A stretch of DNA of 64,000 nt. Source: a virus (taxonomy: Duplodnaviria; Caudoviricetes). The stretch covers positions 1 through 64,000 of the IMG/VR virus record IMGVR_UViG_3300028048_000038; one strand, written 5' to 3'. Positions 8,832 to 19,020 of the stretch are shown here, piece after piece (position 1 is the first letter of the stretch; the number at the start of each line of letters is the position of its first letter). The position numbers and the translations under genes are program-made. The notes under the pieces were generated by a model. That model saw nothing but the letters and a program-made list of their open reading frames with translations, did no database searches and had not been told where the DNA came from.

Positions 8832-8902
8832 AACTTGCTTCTTTGCTCGTTGATTATCGTCACTAGCTGATAGTCAGCCTTGAGAATTGTTTCCTTTATC
8901 AT
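8832..8902 (-). pseudogene. Truncated 5' remnant of DUF4376-like chaperone
   Basis: MIKETILKADYQLVTIINEQRSKL matches IIKEMILKADYQPVTIINEQRSKL of 6617..7183, then homology stops abruptly. Confidence 0.7.
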
Positions 8903-8918
8903 AATTTCTATTTTTATA

Positions 8919-9764
8919 TTAATATGGTGCTGCTACTCTCGGTTGATAACCTCTTTCAGTAAATACTTCTGAAGTCATAATATTATTAACATCTACAAAT
9001 GATGTAGCATTATAAAGTGTAGAAGTCTTCCAATAGTAATCATACATTGCTGTACCGCCACAAGCAGTCAGACATTCACTTATAGCAGTTTTATTTTGTT
9101 TTACAACTACCGTCTGCCAACTTGAAAGCAACATACCTTTTGTTATACCATCAGCGAAAGTAATAGACCTACAATAAGGTGCTATATAATTTGTATTATT
9201 TGTTCCATAAGTATCATTAAACAAAATAAGTTTATCTGTATTCCCCTCTCCATCATAATCTTCTGACCTTCCCTTCATAGGTAAATAAGCTGATATTGGG
9301 TCAGTATTATTACTATGATATGGTTTATCTACAGCATCTATAGAAGGATGTAATCTGAATTGTGTTTTCTCTGCTATAACTACAATTGCATTCACAGTTT
9401 TTCCAGCAGAAGACCATTGCTCTTTTGTGTACAACTGATGGTCAGTTGATTCAATATAAATACCTAATGTGCCATATTGAAACGACAAATTTCTTGTTTT
9501 GCCAATCCCAGCCACATAGGAGTAGCTGTTTATTGAAACTTTGTAACCTGTAACACTTCCTACTTCAACTTTATATGACGTACTTGTTGGTATATTATAA
9601 GTGACAGTAGTTCCATTCCATGTTGTACTATAGAGGGTTTCTTGGCTTTCTACATCAGTAATTGTAATAGTTGTTCCAATCAAATCTGTATCATAGCCCC
9701 TTACTTGTGTCAATGTTACATTAACTGTTTCATACAATTCCACATCTCCACCTCCCCCTAGAAC
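8919..9764 (-). CDS. Variable tail-fibre cassette
   Basis: Frame open from A7 (VLGGGGDVELYETVNVTLTQ) through ORF 8919..9743. Confidence 0.75.
   Translation of the reverse strand, partial: VLGGGGDVELYETVNVTLTQVRGYDTDLIGTTITITDVESQETLYSTTWNGTTVTYNIPTSTSYKVEVGSVTGYKVSINSYSYVAGIGKTRNLSFQYGTLGIYIESTDHQLYTKEQWSSAGKTVNAIVVIAEKTQFRLHPSIDAVDKPYHSNNTDPISAYLPMKGRSEDYDGEGNTDKLILFNDTYGTNNTNYIAPYCRSITFADGITKGMLLSSWQTVVVKQNKTAISECLTACGGTAMYDYYWKTSTLYNATSFVDVNNIMTSEVFTERGYQPRVAAPY
9748..9764 (-). repeat. Putative recombination site A7 (GTTCTAGGGGGAGGTGG)
   Basis: ccacctccccctagaac; terminator immediately upstream. Confidence 0.8.
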
Positions 9765-9765
9765 A

Positions 9766-9798
9766 AATAAAAAAGGACAACCATTTCTGATTGTCCTT
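9766..9798 (-). terminator. Terminator of 775-aa gene
   Basis: aaggacaa...ttgtcctt stem with T tail on minus strand. Confidence 0.65.
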
Positions 9799-9816
9799 CA
9801 TAAAATTTTATCTCAT

Positions 9817-12144
9817 TTATCCTTCACTGTCGAAGAAACGTCCCATAGAGTGCAATATATCGGTATCATATACCTCATGAGCAAGCATTCCAAGAAGCTT
9901 GTTAATGTTCATATAGTCACCTTCAATCCACATATATACGCTGCCATCCTCCATCACCTCAAGGGCATTGCTCCTATTGGCGTTGCTAGTTCCATTACCG
10001 ATTGAGAATACAGTGTTTCCAGAAGCATCCTCACTTGTGTGACTTGCATTATAAGTACCGAATGCAACCTCATTCTCATGCTTCTTCTCAAGGGTCTCGT
10101 TATCAGCATATCCAAGCTTCTGTAGAAGAGCATTAAATACGGTCAAATCAGTCTTTCTCTCATCAAGAGACTCAACCTCAACGTTAAGGGTTTGTATACC
10201 CTCTGTGTTTGCACTGACTTGTTCTGCAAGCGCATCAAACTCGCCCTTGTCTGCCTTCTCGTCAAGAAGTGCGTCAGTTTCTTCCTTCGTATAATAGTTT
10301 GACAAGTCAATCAACTCACCCACTGGGAATTCAACCGTCTTCTCACCCTCTGGCGTGAAATACGTGATTATAATCTTCTCGTCCTCAACCTTAATCTCCT
10401 TGATTGAACCACCTGTTTCAACAAACTCATGGAACTCTCTATGAAGTACGTCAAGGATACCATTTCCACTATTGTCATACTCTGCTGGGTCATCACCATC
10501 CCACGCTGTTATCGTGTTGATTCTGTTGGCATTATGGTCAATTTCATATGTATTTGCTGATATTGCACTTGTATTTGCCCTTACAGCAACCCATAGTCCG
10601 CTTTCTGCTTGTTCAGCACGCTCTCTCTCTTCAGTTGCAGCATCTGCGATTTCAGTCTCAAGTTCTGCCTTAAGCTCATTTCTAGAGTTGTCAACATATG
10701 TCACATCAGCCTTTGCTGTAAGTTTTCTGTCAACGTCCTCGAATTCGCTCTCAATATCGCCTCTAAGCTCTGCAATCTTGTCATCCGTATAGGTTTCAGC
10801 CTCAGTTACAGCTTGTCTTGCCTTGTTAGTGCCATAGTTCTTTGCAGCCCATATGGTGTCCTTGGTAACATCGTCATCCTCATGACCAATCAAGTCAAGG
10901 TCTGCTTGTGTTCTGTCAGCAATCTCTTGCGCAAGACCACTCTCAAGTGCGGCAATCTTATTGTCATGGATTACATCCTTCTCCTTAAGTGCGTCAATGT
11001 CATCACCAATGCCATCAATCTCAGCTTGTAGAGCATTGTCACCATTTATTCTATCGGCAATCTCTTGGTCAAGTCTGTTATTTGTCTCATTAACTGAATC
11101 AATGACTTGTGTTAGTGCCGTGTTGTCAGCCTTCTTCTCGTCCATGTCATTGAATTGGTCTGCCACAGCATTCTTATACTCATTGAATTCAGACTCGTCA
11201 ACCTTATTCTCTATCTTTTCCTCAAGGACTTCAACTCTATCCTCAAGGGCATCCAAATCCTCTTGGTTTGCCTTCTTTGCAACTTCTTCCTCAAGAGCGT
11301 CTATATCAGCCTCATTCTGTGTTGTTCTTTCATCCAATGAGATTACATCTCCACTGATGGTATTGACCTTTGTGGTGATATCACCAGAGAACTCATTGAG
11401 TTCTGTTTCCAATGCATCTATCTTTGAGTTGGTTTCATCCTTAAATGCATTGAGGTCTTCCACTGTCTCATCAACGAGGTTGGATAGTTCATCGAATGAT
11501 TCCTTCTTTGCGTATCTCTCATCACCTTCTTCAACGTTGAAATATCCTTGTTCTTCAACCCATTCCTTTGTTGCATAGTCACAGAGTTTGCTATCCAATA
11601 TACCATCTATCTCGCATTTTGAGTAAGTGTCTTCTTTTTTTGCAAATGTCCTATCTGCATAGCCACTGTATTCATTGACCATGTGTTTAGCCTCTGCGAT
11701 ACCTTCAAGGGTTTCTGCACTGAGAGTCTCGACCTTTCCAGATAATTCATTGACATCATGTCTTAAGTCATCCACAACACATTCTAGAGAGCCAACTGTT
11801 GCGATTGTATCGTTCAATCCTTCTGTGATTGCGCTAAGTTGCTCTCCATATTCGTTGTCGATTTCTTTCAATGTGTTGATATCAGAATTGATATTATCAA
11901 ACTGTTCAACCACCATGTTATTGAACTCAGTTTGGGCTGAGATAAGTGTCTCAACTGTGCCGCTAAGTTCATCTAGGTCTTTTTTATCTGCCTTTTTATT
12001 ATTGAGGCAATCGATTTCGCTATCTTGCTCTTTGTTTTTCTTTATGATTTCAGACAAGTCAGCACTAGAGTTAATGTCGCTAGTGTATCTATTTTGGTCT
12101 GGGAAACCATAGAACTCCAAATGTCTTATAAATTGTTTTGCCAT
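9817..12144 (-). CDS. Long acidic coiled-coil fibre/virion protein
   Basis: 775 aa, heptad-like acidic repeats, YYTKEETDALL and FSIGNGTSNANRSNALEV fibre-type motifs. Confidence 0.6.
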   Translation of the reverse strand: MAKQFIRHLEFYGFPDQNRYTSDINSSADLSEIIKKNKEQDSEIDCLNNKKADKKDLDELSGTVETLISAQTEFNNMVVEQFDNINSDINTLKEIDNEYGEQLSAITEGLNDTIATVGSLECVVDDLRHDVNELSGKVETLSAETLEGIAEAKHMVNEYSGYADRTFAKKEDTYSKCEIDGILDSKLCDYATKEWVEEQGYFNVEEGDERYAKKESFDELSNLVDETVEDLNAFKDETNSKIDALETELNEFSGDITTKVNTISGDVISLDERTTQNEADIDALEEEVAKKANQEDLDALEDRVEVLEEKIENKVDESEFNEYKNAVADQFNDMDEKKADNTALTQVIDSVNETNNRLDQEIADRINGDNALQAEIDGIGDDIDALKEKDVIHDNKIAALESGLAQEIADRTQADLDLIGHEDDDVTKDTIWAAKNYGTNKARQAVTEAETYTDDKIAELRGDIESEFEDVDRKLTAKADVTYVDNSRNELKAELETEIADAATEERERAEQAESGLWVAVRANTSAISANTYEIDHNANRINTITAWDGDDPAEYDNSGNGILDVLHREFHEFVETGGSIKEIKVEDEKIIITYFTPEGEKTVEFPVGELIDLSNYYTKEETDALLDEKADKGEFDALAEQVSANTEGIQTLNVEVESLDERKTDLTVFNALLQKLGYADNETLEKKHENEVAFGTYNASHTSEDASGNTVFSIGNGTSNANRSNALEVMEDGSVYMWIEGDYMNINKLLGMLAHEVYDTDILHSMGRFFDSEG

Positions 12145-12274
12145 AATTTTTAAAATATTTTTAAGTACTTAATTTACTATAAATAGTTAATTTGAGTTAA
12201 AAGAATATTTAATACCTTAATTAATTTGGCTAAACCAATTATTTTTCGTATATTTACAAAAAAATACATAGAAT

Positions 12275-12511
12275 ATGAAAGGTAATAAAGGTTATTGGCA
12301 GTGTGAGTTTGAGGATAAAAAGGGAAACTCCATTCGGAAAATGATTTTTGCTAGGTCAAATCAAGGTGCATTTAAACATACATTTGAAATGGGGGTTAGG
12401 ATTAATTTAGAACCAAAGTATGAAACATTGAGGGAGGCAACAGATGAAGAGGTAAAAGAGTTTAAAAAAATGATAAAGAAAAGGGCAAAAGAAAATGCAG
12501 TCACCTTATAA
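12275..12511 (+). CDS. Hypothetical protein
   Basis: 78 aa, host-type promoter at ~12225-12258, REATDEEV motif. Confidence 0.6.
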   Translation: MKGNKGYWQCEFEDKKGNSIRKMIFARSNQGAFKHTFEMGVRINLEPKYETLREATDEEVKEFKKMIKKRAKENAVTL

Positions 12512-14974
12512 CTGCATTTTTTTTAGTAAAGCATTTAACCTTTTAATAGTATACTTATATTGAGTTATTTTGTAAGCTAAATCGCACTTCTTTTTGTGGA
12601 ATTCTTTATCTGTTTTGTTTAAAAATTTGTCATATACATAATCTCGTCCATATTTTTCCATGTAACCTTTATTAATTCCCTTCCAAATAGCCTTAACTTT
12701 GTCATATTCTTTTTCTAACCCATTAAGTTTTTCTTTCAGTTCAGTTATTTTGTTTTGGACATTTTCTGGTGTATAATATTTTTTATTTCTATCTTCTGCT
12801 TTAGTTAAATTTTGCTTCATACCCCATTTTTCTCTAAGATTATGCTCTCTAGTAGTTGCTACCTTTAATTGTTTTCTTAGATGTTCCCTTTCTTGCCTAA
12901 GTATCTCTTCTTGTTCAAGTTCATCAGCTTGTTTAATATCTTCTGTGTATTTTTTAATCATACCTCGTAGATATTTAATTTGATTTAATAGGGTATTATA
13001 TGTTTCTTTTCTCTTTTCTTGACTATATCCTTTTTTTCCTCCACCGTAATATGGTCTCTTCTGAGTATAATCAACAAATTTTTGTCCCAAATTATTCTGC
13101 TGATGCCCTCTAGTTCTATTTTGCATTTCATGACCTTGGTTTGAAAATAACTGATTGTGCTTATCAGCTAATATTTGTTTGACATCATCAGGAATATTTT
13201 CATTATCATATGCATGATTAACAACGTGGTTATAAGCAAGCCACTCTTCAGCACTGTTTTCTGGAACATTTGCTCCTCTTTCTCCACCACTACTAGCACC
13301 TCCCATATCTCCAGGAGTCAAACCAATTATATTACTAAGAGGAACTCCTAATTCAGCAATAACTTTTGCTGCATTTCTTATACTAGCACCACTAGCATAA
13401 TTGTCATCAATAACAATAAATCTATCATTTGCATTAATAGTAGACAAATCATACCTATCATTAAACGCAAATTGTCCCTTTAACGCCAATCTTGATGGGT
13501 TATCATAATTTTTAATTGTATCATTAGACTGTGCTAATTGTTTGATTCCATCCATGTTCATAACAATATCACCTCTAATGAAAGATAACTCTATCGCTCC
13601 AATATTCTTGAAATTCTCAGTTCTATCTTTGGCATTTCTACCAATATAATTACCATTGAAACGCCCAACATCTTCTCTCTTAAAAAGTGCTTGTAATGAT
13701 AAAACAAAAATTTGTTCTTGATAGTTGTTTAAATCTCTAACCGAACTAAATAATCCACTAGTGGTTAAAGACCTTTCAATGTTTAATAAATCATCGTATA
13801 TAAAATTCCAGAGTTTATCAAGAATAGACGCTCTTATTTCTTCGTCCCTACTCATATTCCTTCTATAATACTTTCTATATAAACTATTGAAACGTTCCAT
13901 AAACACACTTTTATTGTCAACTTCACCATTATATAAGCTGTATAACTTTCTAGCCATTTTAGTTGAAAGTATACTAGTAAGTCTTCTTAATAATGCTTCC
14001 TTGATAAAATCATTTCTAAGAACATTATATTTGGAATATACTTTTTTATATTTAGTTGCATTATCTCCATTTTCAGCCCAGTCAATAGTTTGATAAATTA
14101 AATCATCATAATTGAATTCCCACATATCAAGTTTCTGCAACAAATCTTTTGGCAATAAATGCGCATTTGGAAATATACTTTTCATATATTCCGCTATGTA
14201 ATCATTAAAATTACTAGATGATTGTGGGTATATTATATATGTTGGGTTAAAATTTATTAAATCACTAGTATTGTTTATTAATTGTGTTATTCTATCTTTC
14301 CATTCGCCTTGAATTAAATTACCCCTATTTCTTAGTGAGAAATCTTTATATAAATTACCATATCCACAATCTTTTTCCTTATATGTGTGAGCAATCATTG
14401 TAGCTAATTTTCTAGCGTTTTCTCCACCTTGTCCAAGCATTGTTAGATTATAACACCTAACAAACTGTTTTTCACCGTTCCTATCTAATCCAACAAAAAC
14501 TTTATCTGGTTCCAATTTATCCTTAATAACATCGCCTTTACCTTGCATTATTCTATGCTTTGTTGGCATATACAAAATACCATTATGTCTGATAAACTCG
14601 TCATCAGATTTTGGCATATAGTTTGGCATGTCTTCATCAGAAATTTGTGGATACCTTTGACTTTTCTTGGCTTGATATGGCATATTATTTCTAACTTGAA
14701 TCCAATTTTTGTTAAGTGGATTCAAGTATCCTTTTTTCTTTCCGTATGGCGTAAAATCAGCATATACGCCATCATTTCCATTATCATGAGTATAAGAGTA
14801 ATCTGAATCTAGATAAGTAGGAGCACCTTTTTCTCTCCCTCTTCTAATATTGTTTATGTTGTATATACCACCTTCTTCTTCTCTATTTTCATCAAAATGC
14901 TCTCTTAACAAACGCATTCTAGCTTCGTCTATATATACCTTTTTGGCATTATTGTTTTTTGTGTAAAGTATCAT
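12506..14974 (-). CDS. Large protein with type I phosphoribosyltransferase-like motif
   Basis: 822 aa; FIVIDDNYASGASIRNAA resembles the PRPP-binding loop; basic coiled-coil C-terminus. Confidence 0.55.
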   Translation of the reverse strand: MILYTKNNNAKKVYIDEARMRLLREHFDENREEEGGIYNINNIRRGREKGAPTYLDSDYSYTHDNGNDGVYADFTPYGKKKGYLNPLNKNWIQVRNNMPYQAKKSQRYPQISDEDMPNYMPKSDDEFIRHNGILYMPTKHRIMQGKGDVIKDKLEPDKVFVGLDRNGEKQFVRCYNLTMLGQGGENARKLATMIAHTYKEKDCGYGNLYKDFSLRNRGNLIQGEWKDRITQLINNTSDLINFNPTYIIYPQSSSNFNDYIAEYMKSIFPNAHLLPKDLLQKLDMWEFNYDDLIYQTIDWAENGDNATKYKKVYSKYNVLRNDFIKEALLRRLTSILSTKMARKLYSLYNGEVDNKSVFMERFNSLYRKYYRRNMSRDEEIRASILDKLWNFIYDDLLNIERSLTTSGLFSSVRDLNNYQEQIFVLSLQALFKREDVGRFNGNYIGRNAKDRTENFKNIGAIELSFIRGDIVMNMDGIKQLAQSNDTIKNYDNPSRLALKGQFAFNDRYDLSTINANDRFIVIDDNYASGASIRNAAKVIAELGVPLSNIIGLTPGDMGGASSGGERGANVPENSAEEWLAYNHVVNHAYDNENIPDDVKQILADKHNQLFSNQGHEMQNRTRGHQQNNLGQKFVDYTQKRPYYGGGKKGYSQEKRKETYNTLLNQIKYLRGMIKKYTEDIKQADELEQEEILRQEREHLRKQLKVATTREHNLREKWGMKQNLTKAEDRNKKYYTPENVQNKITELKEKLNGLEKEYDKVKAIWKGINKGYMEKYGRDYVYDKFLNKTDKEFHKKKCDLAYKITQYKYTIKRLNALLKKMQL

Positions 14975-15356
14975 TTGCTTTTATATAATTTTTAATTGAA
15001 CTCAATTGAGACTCATTAACGTTAATTTTTATGTGTTTGTTAATAGACTCATTTTTCTCCCAATTATAATCTACATTGTCTCTTTCACCATTATATGTAT
15101 AGTAATCACCCATAATTGGCTGTTTTAAAGCCTTCTGAGGCACTTTCATACCCAAACATTCATCGTACTTCACTGCCTCGTTAAAATGCCTTGTAATGGC
15201 TGTAATCAAACTTTGGTCATAACCTATTTTGCCACCAAACCTCTTCTTTGTATACCCAAGCTTGCTTGCCATATACATAATCGTTTGTGGCTTGAAATTG
15301 TAACACTGTCCTTCAGTTCTGAATCTCTTTATTATTTCATTTATGGTTAATATCAT
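14949..15356 (-). CDS. Hypothetical protein
   Basis: 135 aa; TATTTAT motif upstream; IKINVNESQL motif. Confidence 0.6.
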   Translation of the reverse strand: MILTINEIIKRFRTEGQCYNFKPQTIMYMASKLGYTKKRFGGKIGYDQSLITAITRHFNEAVKYDECLGMKVPQKALKQPIMGDYYTYNGERDNVDYNWEKNESINKHIKINVNESQLSSIKNYIKANDTLHKKQ

Positions 15357-15555
15357 ATTTAATTAAAAACTATTTATATATAATGTAATATATACACATA
15401 AATATCATACCATTTTTAAAAAACTTTTTTTATAATTTATTTGTTTTTTTAACTTTTTTTTAATATCTTTGCAAAAATTACACAAGAACTGATGACATCT
15501 TGGTATGTCTTAAGGTTCAACGAAAATAACAAAAAGCAAAAACGCAATTCAAATC

Positions 15556-17994
15556 ATGAAAGAGATTACAACTGAGGTCGTTAACACCTTCCTTAACGGT
15601 CATGACCCAATGGAACACATTATATCCATTGAATGCGCATGGAACGAGGATAAAGTTAGCATCATCTATGTTGACAAAAACGGAATTAAAAGAGTTAAAC
15701 AAGATGATTTCAAACCATTTATATGGGTAAAACACAGTGCCGCAATCAGAATGTTCGGAGGCAATAGAACAGAACTCAGAAAACAACTCAACCTCTACGG
15801 CATCAAAATCAAAAAACTAATCACCTCAAATAATGACGGAGAAGAACACGAAAGACTAGAAAGCGGCTATAAATACCTCTTCTACGCAACAAGAAGAATG
15901 AGCAACCAAATCTTTCAAAACTTCTTCTCAAAAGCTGGAACCCCAATCCACCCAAGACAAAAGAAAGACGAGGTAAATACAAGCGGAAATAGAGAGTTTA
16001 TGGGTATTACTCCAATCGAGCAATACATGATTGCAAGCGGACGTAGACTCTTTAAAGGATATGATACCTATAACCAACTCAATCGCTTCATATTCGACTT
16101 GGAAACACAAGGTCTTAACCCCAAAATCCATAGAATTGAACAAATCGGTATACGCACCAATAAAGGATTCGAAAAAATAATAGAAGTAGAAGGTAGTACA
16201 AAGGAAGAACTAGATGCAAGCGAAATCGCTGCAATCAAGGAATTCTTGAGAATATTGGCTGAATTGAAACCAGATACAGTGGTAGGTCATAACTCAGAGA
16301 ACTTCGACTGGAACTTCTTCATCGTCCGCTGTGAACACTATGGTATAGACTTCTCAGAACTATCACTAGAATACTTCAAACACGCAATATATAAGAAGAA
16401 AAAGGCTTCAGTCCTTAAACTTGGTGGAGAGGTAGAATACTACTATCCAACAATCATGTGGGGACATAATGTTCTTGATTCACTTCATGCAGCTCGTAGA
16501 GCACAAGCAATTGACTCAAACATGAAGAAATCAAACTTGAAATATGTCACCAAATACCTTAACCTTAAGAAACAAAATAGAGTCTATGTCCCAGGTGATA
16601 AAATCACTGACACATGGAATGTAAAAGAGAAAGTATATGGACTATGCGAGGAAGACGGAGATTGGTATAGAGTGACAGATAAGAAACCATTACTAGAAGG
16701 ATATAGCCTCGTAAGTGGAAGATATATCGTTGAGCGATACCTTCTAGATGATATTTGGGAAACTGATAAAGTGGAAGATAAGCTCAATGAGTCTAACTTC
16801 CTTGTAGGTAAGATGTTACCTACCAACTTCGCTAGAACATGTACAATGGGTACAGCTGGTATTTGGAAGCTTATCATGCTTGCATGGTGTTATGAAAATA
16901 ACTTGGCAATTCCAGCAGCAGCACCAAATAAACGATTCACTGGTGGTCTTTCACGTCTTCTTAAGACAGGTTACGTTGACCGTATCGTTAAGCTTGACTT
17001 TAATAGTCTTTATCCATCGATTATATTAACTTGGCACGTTTCAACGCCAATTGATGTTATGAACGTTATGGTATCATTGCTTGAGTACATCCTCACGCAG
17101 CGAGAAAAGTATAAGGAACTTAAGGCAGAAGCTGGAGAAAGGGTTGATGAATTTAAGGAACTCCTTAAGACTGCCGAAGGTGATAATAAAGCCAAATATG
17201 AAGCTGAAGTTAAGTTTTGGAAAGCAGAAAAAAGTGGTAATGATAAGAAACAGTTGCCTTTAAAGATATTAGCCAATAGTTTCTTCGGTGGATACGGTTC
17301 ACCCAATGTCTTCCCGTTCGGGGATATTCTTGCAGCAGAAAAAACAACTTGCGTTGGTCGTATGTCTCTTAGATTAATGATTTCGCATTTCAAAAAAATA
17401 GGTTATGAACCAATCGTAGGTGATTCATTCACAGCAGACACCCCATTATTCATTAAATATGATATTAGTGGTAAGATTGACATCAAACCAATCTCAGAAC
17501 TCATAGGAGAAACAGAAGTTGACACATTAGGTAGAGAGTATGACACCTCTGAGAAGCCTTATAAAGTCCTTTGTAGGAGTGGTTGGGTCAAGCCTAAGTA
17601 CATATACCGCCATAAGACAGATAAACCGTTATATGAGGTTTCTGAGGGTAATATGAGTGTTACAGTGACCGAAGACCACAGTTTGTTTAACGAGAAACAA
17701 GAGAAGATTAAACCAAGTGAGATAAACCAAGATACAAGGTTAGAATATTATAAGAATAAATTTTGGCATAGTGAAGGTTCTCACAATATTCATGGTAGTG
17801 CCGTTACCTCTACAGCACGTATGCTTAAGAGAGGTACATTAGATAGAGTGCCAATGTTTTTATTTAATGATGTTAGTTTAGATGATATTAGGATGTTCCT
17901 CAATGAACTAGAAGGGTGGGATTATTCTAATACAAGCAAGACTTGTCAAGCTGGAATAAACTTTTTAAAAATGAAAGTATATGGTGAAAAGTAA
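15556..17994 (+). CDS. polB: Family B DNA polymerase, N-terminal part + N-intein
   Basis: Exo motifs FDLET, GHNSENFD, YLLDD; pol motifs LDFNSLYPS, KILANSFFG; motif C cut after IVGD. Confidence 0.92.
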   Translation: MKEITTEVVNTFLNGHDPMEHIISIECAWNEDKVSIIYVDKNGIKRVKQDDFKPFIWVKHSAAIRMFGGNRTELRKQLNLYGIKIKKLITSNNDGEEHERLESGYKYLFYATRRMSNQIFQNFFSKAGTPIHPRQKKDEVNTSGNREFMGITPIEQYMIASGRRLFKGYDTYNQLNRFIFDLETQGLNPKIHRIEQIGIRTNKGFEKIIEVEGSTKEELDASEIAAIKEFLRILAELKPDTVVGHNSENFDWNFFIVRCEHYGIDFSELSLEYFKHAIYKKKKASVLKLGGEVEYYYPTIMWGHNVLDSLHAARRAQAIDSNMKKSNLKYVTKYLNLKKQNRVYVPGDKITDTWNVKEKVYGLCEEDGDWYRVTDKKPLLEGYSLVSGRYIVERYLLDDIWETDKVEDKLNESNFLVGKMLPTNFARTCTMGTAGIWKLIMLAWCYENNLAIPAAAPNKRFTGGLSRLLKTGYVDRIVKLDFNSLYPSIILTWHVSTPIDVMNVMVSLLEYILTQREKYKELKAEAGERVDEFKELLKTAEGDNKAKYEAEVKFWKAEKSGNDKKQLPLKILANSFFGGYGSPNVFPFGDILAAEKTTCVGRMSLRLMISHFKKIGYEPIVGDSFTADTPLFIKYDISGKIDIKPISELIGETEVDTLGREYDTSEKPYKVLCRSGWVKPKYIYRHKTDKPLYEVSEGNMSVTVTEDHSLFNEKQEKIKPSEINQDTRLEYYKNKFWHSEGSHNIHGSAVTSTARMLKRGTLDRVPMFLFNDVSLDDIRMFLNELEGWDYSNTSKTCQAGINFLKMKVYGEK
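17425..17994 (+). mobile_element. Split intein, N-terminal half
   Basis: Block A SFTADTPLF and block B VTVTEDHSLF directly after IVGD. Confidence 0.85.
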
Positions 17995-18910
17995 ATATAA
18001 TACAGAAACATGGATAAAAGCAGCTAAGAAAATTCATGGTAATAAATGGATTTATGATAAAACTCAATACCGAAACGCTAGAACTAAAGTATGTATTACG
18101 TGCCCTAAACACGGTGATTTTTGGCAAAATCCAAACTCTCATCTGCAAGGATATGGGTGTAAAAAATGCGCAAGAGAAAAAGATACTTTCACAAAAGAAA
18201 AATTTGTTGAACTTGCTAATTTGCGACATGAAAACAAATACATTTATACAAATACAATATATAAAGGTGCATTAGAATATTTGAATATAGAATGTCCAAT
18301 ACACGGAGTATTTATGCAAAAAGCTTATAGTCATCTTCAAGGTCATGGTTGCCCTAAATGTGCAGTAGAAAAAAATAGTAAAAGCCTAGCATTTGAAAAA
18401 GAGAAAGTGATTAATTTATTTAAAAAAATACATGGAGATAAATATTGCTATGATAAAGTAAATTATAAAAATATGCAAACAAAGGTTATAATAATTTGTA
18501 AAAATCATGGGGATTTTTATCAAAAACCATTTAAACATTTGCAAGGACATGGTTGCCCATATTGTAATAATAGCATATTAGAAAATGAGATAAAACTTAT
18601 GCTAGATGAAAACAAAGTTAGTCACAAACAAAAAGAAAGAAGTTTATTTTGGTTACAAGGATTAGAGTTAGATTTTTATCTTCCTCAGTACAATATTGCT
18701 ATTGAGTGTCAAGGAATTCAGCATTTTAAACCAAGAGAAATATTTGGAGGAAAAAAAGAATTTATAGACTTAATAGAAAGGGATGAAAGAAAAAGAAAAC
18801 TTTGTGAAGAAAATGGAGTAAAATTGTTATACTATAGTAATTTAGGTATAAAATATCCATATTTTGTATTTGAAGATAAAGAAGAACTTTTAAAAGAAAT
18901 AATAAAATGA
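17981..18910 (+). CDS. Free-standing putative homing endonuclease (zinc-ribbon repeats + Vsr-like/PD-(D/E)xK domain)
   Basis: Three CPxHGxFxQ...HLQGxGCxxC repeats; LDFYLPQYNIAIECQGIQHF; lies between the intein halves. Confidence 0.8.
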   Translation: MVKSKYNTETWIKAAKKIHGNKWIYDKTQYRNARTKVCITCPKHGDFWQNPNSHLQGYGCKKCAREKDTFTKEKFVELANLRHENKYIYTNTIYKGALEYLNIECPIHGVFMQKAYSHLQGHGCPKCAVEKNSKSLAFEKEKVINLFKKIHGDKYCYDKVNYKNMQTKVIIICKNHGDFYQKPFKHLQGHGCPYCNNSILENEIKLMLDENKVSHKQKERSLFWLQGLELDFYLPQYNIAIECQGIQHFKPREIFGGKKEFIDLIERDERKRKLCEENGVKLLYYSNLGIKYPYFVFEDKEELLKEIIK

Positions 18911-19020
18911 ATAATATTAACGTTAAAAAAATGGAGGATAGCCAAACCATCGGTGTTGTGTACGACATATCCTTGGACGGAACGGTAGTTAACGCCCTAG
19001 GAATGAACGTAATAAGCAAC
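18907..19020 (+). mobile_element. Split intein, C-terminal half (38 aa)
   Basis: MNNINVKK...VYDISLDGTVVNALGMNVISN followed by T-D-G; ATG overlaps the endonuclease stop. Confidence 0.85.

Noticed and set aside
8213-8902. 229-aa ORF as one real gene
   Set aside because: It is a chimera of a chaperone remnant, a terminator hairpin read in frame, and a tip cassette.
1114-9764. Diversity-generating retroelement within the window
   Set aside because: No reverse transcriptase and no adenine-variant template/variable repeat pair were seen here.
10472-12112. Plus-strand Ser-rich ORFs (106-205 aa)
   Set aside because: Antisense shadows of the acidic 775-aa gene. The same applies to shadows over polB, sigma, DUF932 and other genes.
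17995-18906. Group I intron in polB
   Set aside because: ORFs overlap on both sides, leaving no room for intron core structure, and intein blocks on both sides explain the split.
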